This document shows positions 21,875 through 35,269 of a stretch of DNA of 64,000 bases, piece by piece; position 1 is the stretch's first letter, and every line of letters starts with the position of its first letter. Source of the DNA: Lingula anatina (taxonomy: Eukaryota; Animalia; Brachiopoda); the NCBI GenBank assembly GCA_051362555.1, contig CM120640.1, forward strand, positions 57,452,788 through 57,516,787, given 5' to 3'. The position numbers and the translations under genes were made by a program. The notes under the pieces are model-generated. The model made no database searches, was not told the DNA's origin, and saw nothing but the letters and a program-made list of their open reading frames with translations.

Positions 21875-24800
21875 GCTTTTGACGCGATCTAGAAGCTGAA
21901 ATAAAATCACATCCAAGCAATAATTAGATTTTATAGATTTTCAAATAAAAGAAAAATAGAGAAAAGGTGCAAATCGATTATACGGGGAAGCCAAAGCACA
22001 TTTTTGTGAGAGTATTGCGTTTACCAGTACCTACACACACGTTAAGAATGGCAGTGAAGCAATGGTGGCAAACTATAAAAACTCTGCTGGCAATCCTTCA
22101 GGTGGAGTACTCCAGTTTCAGTTATCTTTCAATTTGCAATAAATTCTATCAATAAAAGGTGTTACATTCACATTTCAAAGGTATTTTTAACGGATCCCCA
22201 GCTCAGTTTTACAAGTGCACAATGAATACAGACCACGATCATGATACTAAATGGGAGTACATTGGATCTGAAACTGGAGTCGTGTTTAATACGTGACTGA
22301 AGACACTTAGGAAGTATTGGTTTCATGTGCATAATATGTTTTGCAACAGTGAACCCACTGGCTTCTCTGCGTGACAGATTTATGTTTTAATTTAAAGCTC
22401 TCCCACGATCGCGTTGCTAGGTTATCAGCGTTGCATATTTGAGCGACCAGTTTTGATAAAAGGGGTTTAAATTGTAACTCCCAAAGCATATAATCTATGC
22501 ACACTCATATACCCACTTGAACAGCAAATTTTATATTTAAATCCAATTAATTTGGCATTTTAAGCAAATAAACTTTTAAAGTTAATAGAAGTCTTCTTAC
22601 ATTTTATACATCTAGGGAATGTTATGAAAAAAATGTCCAGAATTATCATTCGTTGCATAATCAAAGCATGGTGACCTTCAAAAATTGAAAAAAACTTCTG
22701 TTACTAGTACTACATACATTGTTTTGTGCATTGATGAAATTATAAATATCCCTAGTGAAGTTCACTAATTATCAAATTGGAAAATCAAAAACTGTTCCTA
22801 AATCGGAAACATTGCAATCTAAATCCACCTGTTTTACATACCTTATTGTACCTGCGGTCTATATATTTCACCATTAGCTCAGTCAATGCAAGTTAAAAAT
22901 CCCTGTGCGTTTTCAAGCTGACCGACAATCGTCTTTCCCATTGCACTGCCTGAGAATGTTGACAGTGGGGCGCAATTCTGGCTGCGCTACTGAACTATTT
23001 TGTATCACTGCACACTTGTTAATTTACAACCTAGAAGTGTCAACACAATTCGCGATTAAAACAATCAATCTAATGCAGCACACGCTGGGTGTTTATCTTA
23101 TCGAGCGAAGGTACTACTGACATAGGTGACTGCACGCGCGAGCCCTGCCTTTCTTTTGAGTTCCCGACCTATTTACGCTGGATTAGCTTTCATGAAGGCC
23201 TCGTCGTCCGGACGACGAAAGATAAAGCTCACGAAAACAAACCGGTAATACTGTGCCAATTTGAACAGATAAACAGGTGCGAATGTTAATAGAAGAATGC
23301 AGATATGGAATTTTCATTGAGCAGGGGTCTCTCCGTAAAAAACATGATATAAGGGGACGTTGAATTGGTTTTATGACGATAGAAAATGCATTTTGAATTT
23401 TAGTTTTTTAAGTTCTGTCTTTTATGCCAAGTATTTTTGTTCTTATTGTAGATGCATCTCAGCGAAGCAATGTCATTAAAACGCCATTTGATCGCAGCGT
23501 TGTATGAAACATTGAATTTTTGAGTAATAGATGTTCTTATCGTGTCCATCACTACGAGGAAAGAATATTTCTTTTCTTTTTTCCTGAATTGGCCTAAAAC
23601 ATATTTTAGATTTATTGTAACTGGAGACTTAATGGAAAAAGGCATAGCTTGCATGGTAAGGCCAACTAAGCTACGCAAATATTTACATTGCTATCCTGTT
23701 TTCTAAATGCAAACTTAAAGAAATTATCTGATTAATCAAATCTTAATGCTAAATATATCCATGAGGTATCTTGCGCACAGTAGAGGACTCATTGCAAATA
23801 TAACACAATGAAGTCTGCTATTGATTTAAAAGCTAAGCTTAGACTTACAGCATGTTGCCATTAAAATATTTCTATTTCTTGATATATTATAGACAAAGAC
23901 ATAAGATATAAAAATTAATGAGAAGAAGATTAGAAGATGAAGTCACAGGCAGCAATGTCATCATCGGTGACGGAGACGGTCCATGGCAGTACTGAGAATT
24001 CTTTGCCAGCAGTAATGTGTTAGTTGTGATACACTTGCACATTCATGCTCTGTCCGAGACCAAATGTGCCAAGGTGCACCTAGTTTGTCTCTCATCTCCT
24101 CTTATTATTATAATTAATAATCTGTAACATAAGCTTGCACGTTATTAGCATGGAGTCTCTGTCCTGCCTGTTATCCTGGAGCACCAGTCATTTTATATTC
24201 ACTATCATTCTACATCATAGTATGTCAGTCTATATAAAGATAAGTCATCTTGAAGTAAAACGAAATCTTGATTTTCTTTTCAGATTTGGTGCTAAAATTG
24301 ACGAGACAAGTTACGTTTTTTTTTCAACATAAAATACTTTCTGCTCCGTTGACACTTTTCTCACAACGCACTTACCATCCATGATTCCACTGAGATGCCA
24401 TCTACCAGTAGTGGTAAGAAAACAAGAACCTTTGAATAGCTTTTTAATCTCTTCTTGGCTTGCTTTAAATAAAATCAAAGACATGATTCAAGGTATTTTG
24501 TTGTCCTGGATCTTCCAATATTTTACCTTTTTCTACCACTATTTTTGCTTTTATTCCAACGGAGGGTCACTTCGATTTTAAATGTAATCATATCTCCGCT
24601 CAAAAACTGATTATTAATTTGGAGTCATAATCCAAGGCGTAGTAGGGGTAGTAGGGTAGTAGTAGTAGAATTTTTTTTTCTTTTTTGTTACCTTGGTATC
24701 TTGTTTTTTGCAAACTATAACACAATTTCATTAAAAGACGGGGTTGGGGATGGAGTCCGCTCCTCAGTCTTTTTCCACAACCTGTATCCACGAGTGTGAC

Positions 24801-26782
24801 TGAGCTGTCGGAAAGTGACTCGGTAATCCTTTAAACGGCTGTTAATAACTAAACTGGTATATTTGTCTTTTTTCCTCTTGTACGGATCGTCCCCTTACAC
24901 AAAATAAACACGTTATATTTCAGATTCGGTCGTGCGAATGTTGGTGCATGGTTTTTATAAAAAGTAACGAAGAAAAAGTCCAGTGTTATTTTCAGAGGCT
25001 ATTCTTAAACATCAGTTCCAGCTTGGGCATAATAACGAACGTTATTATGTCTAATGTTCCAGTTACAGAAGAGATTTCATATCCTGAAGAGAAGTATGTG
25101 TTTCTTAAGAATGATAAACCTGAGACTTGTATTACGACGTCCCATGGTCTTCTAAGCAATAAAGAATTAGGCCCTATCATAAAGGAAATGTTACACAAAT
25201 GTTAAATTTTACACAAAGAAAGGGTTAAGATAGTTTACAGCACGATGCATGTCAAAAATATGAAAACTTACTTCGAGTGGCGAAAATAAGTTTTTTTCGC
25301 ATAAAACTTTTATTGCATTTTCGAAACTTCCAAAAGTTTACCGGACATTTTATGCTGAAGGAGCACATGATCGGTCTTGTGATTTAAGAAATAAAGCCAA
25401 TGTTCCAACTTACCCGCGTTCCAACCCACCCCGCTCTCCCCTACATCATTGAAAACAAATCAATCAATTAAACTATGTACATAAATCCTTCACAACTTTA
25501 CTGATTTCTGATCTATACTTTACACTCTGAAAATGACAACAATATTTTATTAAAGTATATGCTGTTCCTGTTTTTAATTGTTTTGCGACTACCCTTTTTT
25601 ATCTCTATTTTATATACAGAGTGCTGTAGGCTACTTACTCAAGTGTATAACTGATGACGCAAGATCTACATATAAGATACAACACGCGCATAAAGTCAAG
25701 CTACATTAGATCTGTTCACTTGTATAGCTCGCGTGCAGTCACATCTAGGTTTGTGAACGCATATGTAGGCTGATTTAAAAAAAATCACGAATATTTATTA
25801 TTATTTTCTCAGCTAAATTAAAAATATATAACTCGCCTTCACTTTTCTGATCTTAATTAAATATTGCGTTTTATCTCAACAAGAACCACTTAGCATCTAG
25901 GACAATGGTCTGGTTCACTGCAGATATGGACATCACAGCCGCAAACCCAGACTGCATTGCTTGGCGTAGTTTGCTTGCACCGTGCACTGCACCATGCACA
26001 AACAGCATTATTGTGCTCCAATAGTAACAGGTTTTACATGAACAATCTATTACTGGTGAAAGTTCATGCATTTACTTTTATGATATATTATATTATATAC
26101 TGTTCTATCACAATTCTTCAAAATACTATAACATTTCTCTTAGATATAACTATCATCAAGGAAGGATATTTAATTTTGCTGGGAATTAAGTAGCCTACGA
26201 TAATTTCTTATCGATTGCATGGACCTGTTGATGACCTACATATTGTGCACGTGAACAGGAGCCGACAGCTGCGTGATAACAGGTCACAACGCTATTTACA
26301 GCTGTGAACGTCTTGGAGAACTAGAGTGAGCGCGTCTTCTGTTGATATTGTGGACAATTCCCTCCTGATTTTCTCCCCCAGGGATCAGGTAAGTTGCCTG
26401 TAGAATCTGGATTACCTTTGGTGATGATTATTTGCAGTTCTTGTCAATTGGACCGTTATGGCGTGACATTACGTGATCGGTCTTTCAGACCATAGCACTC
26501 TGACTGAGCTCTTAGTCGCTAAGCCAGACATAACTTTGGGAATAAGGGTTTATTTAATAACTAAAATACATTGCTCTTTTGTTTTACGATATTCGAAAAG
26601 GTACGGATACACAATAGGTATGCCTATGGGTTTATCAAATAAAAGTGAAGACGACACGACCGTATAGATCTATATTATGTAGCCTGTAGGAAGCAGCCTT
26701 AGAGAAAAAAAGTCATATGTTAAACTGTTTAGGCTGTGTATTTCATATTGCTGCAAATTACCTCTGACGGGGGTAGCGCTAG

Positions 26783-26784
<2 letters not shown>

Positions 26785-26855
<71 letters not shown>
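26785..26855. repeat. (TA)n microsatellite
   Basis: Pure TA run followed by poly-T. Confidence 0.95.
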
Positions 26856-26864
<9 letters not shown>

Positions 26865-27521
26865 TTTGTCAATTTGTTATCAAAATGATCATAATTTGAC
26901 TAAAGCAAGTCAAATCGGACCTTTTTTCTTTAGCCATTTTGAGTCAGTTTTAGCATTTGGCTAAATTGACGAGTTTTAGTGCTACCCCAGACTGAGTTGC
27001 TACTAAAATGTATTTTGGGATATAACAATATCCCCATGTGACCATAGTCAGGGGTGACGTATTTGTATTTTTTTGTCTTCTAAAAACCCCAAATAAACTT
27101 TGTCCTCATGCACTGATCAGCAGTTGAAAAAGACGAATGACTCATCATTAATATAGTTCAAGGGATAATAACTCTTTGTTTCGGCCAAAAAATGAATTTC
27201 CCTGGAGTAAACAACAATTTTCCCATACTTACCAATGGTTAATGAATCCATTTTTACATTCATAGTTAGTCCCGGTTTTTTTTTTTTTCTTGAAAGTTTG
27301 TTTTTTTGTTAAAATCTCTTGTGAAATATAAATCTCATACGAAGAGTTATTATCCCTTTAAGTTTTTGTTTTCTCTCTGATTTTCAAACATGTAATGAAA
27401 AGTTATGACCCATACTAATAAACTCCCATTTTTTCAGGCTACGGACGTTAAATGCGTATCATCTTTACCAACCACATAGCTGTTTTTATTGTAACCAAGG
27501 ATATTGGCAAACCTGTACATA

Positions 27522-27589
27522 ATGGTGCTGTCAGCCATACTTGAACATAGAACTGGGAAGGATATCGATGTCCAAGAACCAGTTTATAA
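27522..27589 (+). CDS. ~85-aa microprotein, first coding exon
   Basis: Exon 27438-27589 (ttttcag / AA|gtaaga). ATG 27522 has an in-frame upstream stop; reads MVLSAILEHRTGKDIDVQEPVY. Likely non-coding upstream exon ends at 26388 (CAG|gtaagt). Confidence 0.65.
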
Positions 27590-27983
27590 GTAAGAATGTC
27601 TATTAAATTAATTTATATAATATATTATTTTTTGATTTCTTCCTTTCAATTAAAGGTTTTCAGGATTATGCCTGATTTCAGAACGTTTTTTTTTTTTTTT
27701 TTTTTTTTTTCCATATGGTCTAAATACGATAAGAAGTTGCAAGCTACACTTTCAGTTTTCTTCACCTTCATCCACGTTTTTACTTGAAAGGAAGAAATCA
27801 AAAAATGTCACAACTGTGAGATGCTCATACACTATACCTTGAGGTCTGCCAATTACTTAATTTTTTTTATCTTAAAAATAAAAAAGAAAAAAAGATGTTG
27901 CACATTTTCCCCTTGAAACATTATATTAAAAGAAAAACTCTTGTGTTTGGAGTATTTTTCTTTGTTATTCTGTATATTTCAAG

Positions 27984-28173
27984 GCATGAACTAGCCATGG
28001 GAAAAGAAAAGAAGGCCATTAAGGTCACCAAGGCAGAGGATCAAGCAGCCCCAGTCGAGTCTGGCATGAATGACCAGAAGGAAAAACTCAAGGAGAAGGA
28101 GGAGCCTGCTAATGGGGCATGGGGGCCTGTGTTCAAGAACAGAGAAAACTTTGTACAGATGCACATCTTTTGA
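27984..28173 (+). CDS. ~85-aa microprotein, last coding exon
   Basis: ttcaag|G acceptor, phase 2; KHELAMGKEKKAIKVTKAEDQ...NGAWGPVFKNRENFVQMHIF-stop. GC/purine-rich coding-like composition in AT-rich surroundings; AATAAA at ~28361. Confidence 0.75.
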
Positions 28174-31027
28174 AAGACCATGCTTAAGCAAAAAGAAAAT
28201 CTTTGTGTCTTTTGCTTTTTGTCATGACACAAAATTGACTTCTGTTTTTGTGGTGGACCATCTTTGAATGTGATTTGTAACATCTGACTGATTCAATAGT
28301 TTAAAAACTGTCAAACTTCTAGATTTTGATCTTAAATTATGGAGTGTAATTTGATATAATAATAAAAAAAACTACTTAAAACCAAACAGAAGTTGGTTAA
28401 TGAGAGCAACCTGCCCAAATGTTGAAGAATACAGATTTTTAATTAAGACGTTTTTTCTTAATGGAAAAAATGAATTGCACAATGGTTTGATAAGTCTAAA
28501 AATTTACAATTAACCCACAAAAAACCTTAACGTTGTTGATTTTTATGGGTTAACGGCCAACCCTGAAATAAAACCGCTATGTCTTAAATATCACATTTTA
28601 AAAGAGAACAGATTTTTTACTCTGTTTACCAACTTATTTATTTTTTATTTACTCATTCTTGAATTCATTCCAATCATCGAATGCATTTTGAAAAGAGAAA
28701 GTTTTTTCTTTTTTGTATTATGTTTTTGCAGCTATATATAAATGTTAAGGAAGGGTTTTCTTGTCATCTTCACTTTTCCAGCTATTTAAAAGAAATGATC
28801 CCGGCAAATTTAATGGGGGTGTTATAAGATATAAAATAATCAATTCCCAATTAGTACACTTCCCTCCCGTGTCCAAACTTGAGTATGCTGTACTTCTCCC
28901 TCGGTGAATGTGCTTGTCTTTTGATGTTGAAGGTATCCGTTGATATCAAAAGATAAGTAATATTTGGTTTACCATGAAAAACTTTGGAGTATATTTATTG
29001 TCAATGATAATAACTTATAATACAAGTATGCTACCACTAACAACAAGAAAATTGTGAACTATCAATTATAACTGCAATTTCCATGAGAGTAGAATTTGCT
29101 CTCCATTGCACCCAGTCACATTGCAGTTCGCCCGTTGTATTTCAATTTAGAGTATATCCCTACGGTAGGCATACCGGGCTCTTTTTTTTCCTTAAATTGT
29201 TTCTATATATTGCATACAAAATACCAGTGTTTACATTATGCATAACAGAAATATACAAAGAAATGATGTAATGAATAAATATAGAATAGCCGTATGTTTT
29301 AAAGCCTAGATTGGGACCCACAGTTTCCACGGCCGCCGTTCGATGAAGTGTGCAGTTTTACATGATATTTTATTATTTATTAATTTGGCATCTTCAATGC
29401 GGTAACTGGTTACTTTTTTTAAGATAAACGTGTCATCTTTTCTAAGCAAAATTACCAGTGGGCAGGCCCTTTTTGTCACTTCTCACTGGACAAAAACAGC
29501 CTTGAGTATTCCATATTCAAATGACATTCAGCCTCCATATTCAAATGACAACTACATGTAGGGCCTATATTAAAATAAAACCCCGCCATGATAAGTTTCA
29601 TGAACCCATACTCTTGTTCGTTTGCTCTAAAGCATTTTGAGATATTGTAGACGTCTTCTCAAGATGGTTACTCCAGTAGTCCCCCTACTGTTATTCTAAC
29701 ACCATTCCAAACGTAATGCTGTGTATAAGTTTCTTGTCAGGATGTGGCTTGTTGATAATAAAGGTTGGTAAGCATATAAGCTCATTCATTTGAAAAAAAA
29801 AAACGAGTGTAAATTATGACTGGTCTTTAAAGGAAATCAAGACGGATTAAAACCTTCCTTAGGCCTACTCTTTTATCTCCTCTTCCAGTCTCCATTGAAG
29901 ACCACACATAGGGGGCCTACATACACATGCACACGTGCTCGCACATGTGGGCACCAGTATAATTTTTTTAGACTCCTCGTGGTTGGGAACGGGGTTGAAT
30001 CCATCCGTACAATATAAATAGTTACAAACGATTATGGTAAAACACATTGCGCTCTTGACCATACTACAGTAAAACATGAAATTTTGTAGAAAAAAATTCA
30101 ATTTCCTTATAACCATCAAGGTATATCTACAAATCTTTTAACATTACATCAAGATTATTACCAAATAAACCCGTTTTGGAGATTTGATTTTTTTCACACT
30201 TATGAGTAAAAAAAAAAATCAGTACGTAACAGGAGCGGATCCAGGATTATTTGAAGGGGGGTCCGCGGATGCGAAGCCGCTGACTCCCTCTCTAAATCCG
30301 CCACTGCGTACGTTACGATGCGTTAGCTGAGCTGAAGAACGCATTTATTAGTCTCATCTAGTCTCAAAGGTAGATTATATATCATAGAGAAATAGTCTAA
30401 AAGAATATCTACCATATGTGACTTTTATAATACTTGTATCTCACATTTATCGTATGTTCTTTTGTATACCTACTTAACGCAATCCTTTAATATATTAAAA
30501 AAATCCATAAGTGTATGATGACTTAATTTACCAACAATACAACCGAAGTCACACAAAAATGCGGTATAATTTTAACTTGTTTTGGAGGTAAATATGTATA
30601 CAGATGTTTTCACTTTTAATTTTAAATACAAGGCAAAATTAAACATCAAATATAAAAACACTTGGCAAAAAAGTTAACTACCCCGAATGAATTAATTGTA
30701 AGCACCAGGTAAACGACTCCCACCGACATCAGATGCAAATTTGAAACCGTTTTGAAACGTCAGCTTGTAATGTGGCTTACATGTAAATAACTAGGCTTAT
30801 GTATCCACAGCAACCCCTACAGTACAGATTAAATTACCTTGTTTATGCCATGATGTTAAGAGATAACTGCACATAACTCTCCATCATCTTGCACATCATA
30901 ATGCGCCAATTATTCAAGTAAGGGGTGTAGATCAACCGCCACAGATGATCACTGAGCGCGATTTGTTTGTTTCATCAATCATAAAACTAAGTAATTGAAT
31001 AGTAGGAAGCCCTTACGATCGATCATA

Positions 31028-32055
31028 TTACGCCTGCCCTTTTGCTCTTGACAATGAAATCGCCAAGTCTTCAGAACAATTGACTGGTGAGACATTTGAG
31101 TCGCCCGTCACGTGAACAAAATGAAGTAAAACGTATTCCGCCTCATGTTGTGCCCCTTCCTTCAAGTGGGTGTGGCACGACACTCTTACCGCGCGGTTTT
31201 TATCTTCATACGAATTGCTCTTTGCTAGAAATGGGTTCCGCACATTACTATTTAGTCTATTACACGCGTCTTGTTCTCCCATGGATTTAAATCTCCGTTT
31301 AAAGGATCCTTCATAGGTAGAGAAAGTATTCTGTCGTGATAACATGTCATTTCTTAGGCTTTTTCTGAGGGAGATGGCTCTTAGAAAAGCATTTCTAAAT
31401 TTCGTAGATATCAAATTGTAGAGAATGGGATTTCCGGCACTATTCAAATAAAAGAGAATTCTGACGCAATAGACGAGATTGACCATTCCTTCAAAGGGTA
31501 TCGACTCTTTCTCCTCTAGGCTGGAAAAAATCAACCACATCGAAAACACACGGAAAGGAAGCGTGCAAAAGAAAAACAACAGAATAACAGATATCAGCAA
31601 GTAAACGACCTGTTGTCTTTGCTTGATTACTTTTTCTCTACGCTCCGAACCCACTCTGCATGTACCAACCACCACGTTCTTTCTGTCCGCCATCAGGCTT
31701 CGGCATATCATGGCGTAGATGATAATCAACAACAGACCAGGAGTAGCGTAGAGCACCACGTTCACAGTGACGATGTAGATCTTCTTCCAGTATTCATCGA
31801 TCGAAGTTGAACATACTTTTACTGGGGTATCACCCAACCAGGCATCTCGCTCTTTCGCTATAGCGAAGAAGGGCGTGGTCACAGAGATGGCGCAAATCCA
31901 GATTCCTACCAAAATCTTGCCTGTCTTTCTTGTTGTGCACCGTTGATCAGCATGCAGCGGCTTGCAAATAGCGTAATATCGTTCCACGCTTATAACTAAT
32001 ATAGACAGCATGGAAGCATGAATGACCACTGTCTCCAGAAAAGGAATCAGCTTGC
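31028..32055 (-). CDS. ETHR: Ecdysis-triggering hormone receptor-like class A GPCR, exon 2 (TM3-TM7 and C-tail)
   Basis: ttcag|GC acceptor at 32056. CKLIPFLETVVIHASMLSILVISVERYYAICKPL, FFFCTLPFRV and YCVRILFYLNSAGNPILYNLISTKFR match insect ETHR signatures ([45 protein letters not shown]). May be auto-annotated as GHSR/TRHR-like. Confidence 0.92.
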
Positions 32056-32528
32056 CTGAAAATTAACAAAAATGTTACTTTATTAAAGAAAACTTAGATT
32101 TTTTAGGAGACGCCCATTAACATTACGTATATACTTTCCACTGATCTTTAGGGAGATCAGGTTGACAAATATTCAATGGTTCTTTGGCTTGGGAATTCCA
32201 AGAATACGTTAAAGGTAATTATTGTAGACACAGACACGGTATACTTAAACAGAAGTTATCATTGTGACACTCATGGGAGTGAAACTATGAGTAAATAACT
32301 CAACAAATGTAAAAAAGCACGACCGCTTGTCGCAATGTGTTATGTAATGTGTCATGGTATTTTTTTTTCTTTTTGTATCTTCACTCGCGCTATCAAAAGA
32401 TAATGAATCAGCTGTATATGAGTAGACATTTTGGAAAATTTAGATGAGCGGCATTTAGTAGAACCTCCAGGCCTTGCTCAAAGTGACAAAACACCCAATC
32501 AAATTTAAAGAGTTTCGCAGGCATCAAA

Positions 32529-32776
32529 GACTGGGTTCCCATACTTAAATCGATCCATCTGGATCGACCAAACTCCCTGGGGATTCACGCTAAATTGCTA
32601 TCAGCTCAAGATGCTTAAATGTCTGTCACGCCTACCGAATCAGCTAGGGGGTAAAGATAATTACCCCCTAACAGCTTTACTAGGCGTAACAGACTTTTAA
32701 GCCGGTTACGTTGATAGCAATTAAGTGAGGCTCCCCAGGGAGATAGATCGATCCAAGTATCTGTGGGAATGGTTCC
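32529..32776. mobile_element. Palindromic MITE family 'GACTGCATTCCCA', copy 1
   Basis: 13-bp imperfect TIRs, AAA on both flanks, internal hairpin; related copies at ~37955, 38832, 38963, 57051 and 57296. Confidence 0.85.
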
Positions 32777-33871
32777 AAAAAGTGCATAAACTGTTTATCG
32801 TCAAAAAACTTTAATAAACCTTTGTTTTGTAATAGGGCACATAACTCTGTTTAAAAATTGAAACCCTCTGCTCGTTTTGATTATTTGAATTCGTTATTGA
32901 TCAAGGTCCCCTCATTAATTTGCCTTAGGCAGTCAATTCTCTGAGACCTTTTAGTGTAAATGCCACTTGTCCATGAAACATTTTCAGAAACATTATTGAA
33001 AGGATACAATCATCAATTGGAAAATTACCATATCCTATCCCCTCTCTACGTTGAGACAAAAACAACACTAATCCTCACTGCATATCGTGAGTTTCTTAAA
33101 TTCATAACGAAATAGCTCAAACAGGACAGGGTAGCTAAAGAATTGTATGTAGTCAAACCTTTTTGTTGTATTTAATTGGAGTGTCTTTTCTTTGAATCCT
33201 AATAGACAGCTTCGCATTAAGTAAATGAACTTTAAGCTCCTTCGGTGTTGCAATCGAATATCAATAGATGTTAATAATTATTTCGACGTTTTTTTAAACC
33301 TAAATAACGAGGTTGTTTATGACAGTGTGCAGTGTTTCTAGGTTTATGGTGGTTGTTTCATCCCCATGGAGGTCTATAAAGTTTGATATCTTTTTTCCGA
33401 CATTTATTACGTATATTTGATTCCCGGATGACTTCCAGAAACGGGCTTTTAAATGACTTCCGAGGCAAAGTGGTGGTGGTGGTGGGGGGGGGGGGGGGTA
33501 TTCTGCTGTTATACTATATCTCTTTCACCATTTGCATCGTTTAAGAACAAGAAATCAACGAAATATTTGCTTCAATTTAAGATATTCCCTCTTGTCCTTA
33601 TTCATAGTAACTGATTTGTACGAGATTTAAGCACAAATTTCATTAACCGTTTTGCCGGCGCCCTTCATTACACGTTTTTGTGGTTGAATCGTTTTGTTAT
33701 TTAAATGTCAATCTGGGCCCCTATACACAGAGCTGCATCCTTTGTGCCTATCTTGTTGTAAAAATATTGAGAATGTGCAGGATGTTCATTGGTCGCGCCA
33801 TATCCAAAAACTCATGTCGCTGTGTAGTTACTCCAGCAATCCATGTGCTTCCTTTGAATGACCAAATCTTA

Positions 33872-34730
33872 GGCCCGTATTCCAGAATCTCCCTTTAGCG
33901 TTAAGAGAGACTTAAAGTCGACCTTATACGAAATTTGTATTCCAAGACCTTTCTTTATCTCACTTGAAAGGAGTCACTTTACAATCATCCTTAGCAAAGG
34001 AATCGGCCATTTCTAGAATCTGCCTTTGCTTAAAGATTTCCTTTATTTTCGGTTGAGGAGTCCTTAAAATGTAAGGTTGGTCTGGAGTAACTTTTAGTCT
34101 TCCTTAAGCAGCCATCGTGTACAGTTCTCTTGTGAAAATCAGCTCCATGGGGGACCATGTAAACCAACTGGTGCGTCTTTATGATGTCAACAGGAATGCA
34201 AGACGCATGAGAACACGCCTACCTAAATTCAATGAAGATGACTTTACCGATGACGATTTCTTTGCAAGGTTCCGTTTCTCGAAAGATGGCTTCAACTACC
34301 CTGTACTTTATTTACTTATTACTATTTTTTTATTATTATTTTATTATTATTATTTATTTATTTATTACTTGCTTTATTCACTAAATTTGGCTTAGATCAA
34401 AACATCCACATGCAGTGATATTGTCCATATGCACTGTTGCATGATAGCAGTTGACCAGTTGACCCCAATTATACAACATTACTAAGGCGTTTATAACGAG
34501 GAGGGTGTCACAAAGGCCTACTTTAACCCATGAGGAGCTCCTTTATGCCAGTGTCCCTTACCTAAAGGCTGACTTTTGTCAAAGTTATTCCTTAGCAAAG
34601 GAGAGGCTTAAGTGTGGTCTTAGAATACCATTTCGTTAGGCCTTCCTTTACAAAGGAACACCTCATCAAAGAAACCCTTTGTAAAAGTTGACCTAAGGCC
34701 TATCTTAAGGTACATCTTGGAATACGGGCC
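33872..34730 (+). mobile_element. PIF/Harbinger deletion derivative
   Basis: TIR GGCCCGTATTCCA / TGGAATACGGGCC with TTA flanks; internal fragment FTDDDFFARFRFSKDGF is typical of a Harbinger/HARBI1 transposase N-terminus. Confidence 0.85.
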
Positions 34731-34841
34731 TTAGACTTTCCTGAGAAACAATTCCAAAGGGCAGATCCAGGCACTCTTATGTGTTATGGCAGTTTTTCAA
34801 ATTCCGACACAGTTTAAAGCATGCCTATATTTTTTCATCCC

Positions 34842-34844
<3 letters not shown>

Positions 34845-34900
<56 letters not shown>
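34845..34900. repeat. (ATT)n microsatellite
   Basis: Pure ATT run. Confidence 0.95.
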
Positions 34901-34901
<1 letters not shown>

Positions 34902-35269
34902 TGAAAGATATGTATAGATATTCAAAATGAGGAAATTATTCGGAAAAAATATAGCCGTCTTTTGAAATATTTTCAGAGGTAAATGCCTTTATCTACATTT
35001 GCATATTCCAAGCGACAAAGTTGAAAGGTGGACACACACTTATTACTTAGTACTACAGTGAATGAAAGTAGCTTAACACAAGTTGTTTCAACACTCATTT
35101 GCCTCGACTTCCATTATTGCAAAGTACCACGATTTCTTTATCCTATTTGCTATACAATTTTTCCCAAAACATTCTATCAATGTATGGTCTTACTCCTGTG
35201 GGTTGAAAGCAGTACTTTCCTGAGTTGTTTAATTGTGAAACATTGTTACGTGATAACAATTTAATTAGC

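Noticed and set aside
24900-25443. ORF 24948..25205 and terminus ...CACCCCGCTCTCCCCTA
   Set aside because: Looks like one end of a pogo-like element; the ORF has no recognisable motif and I found no matching other end.
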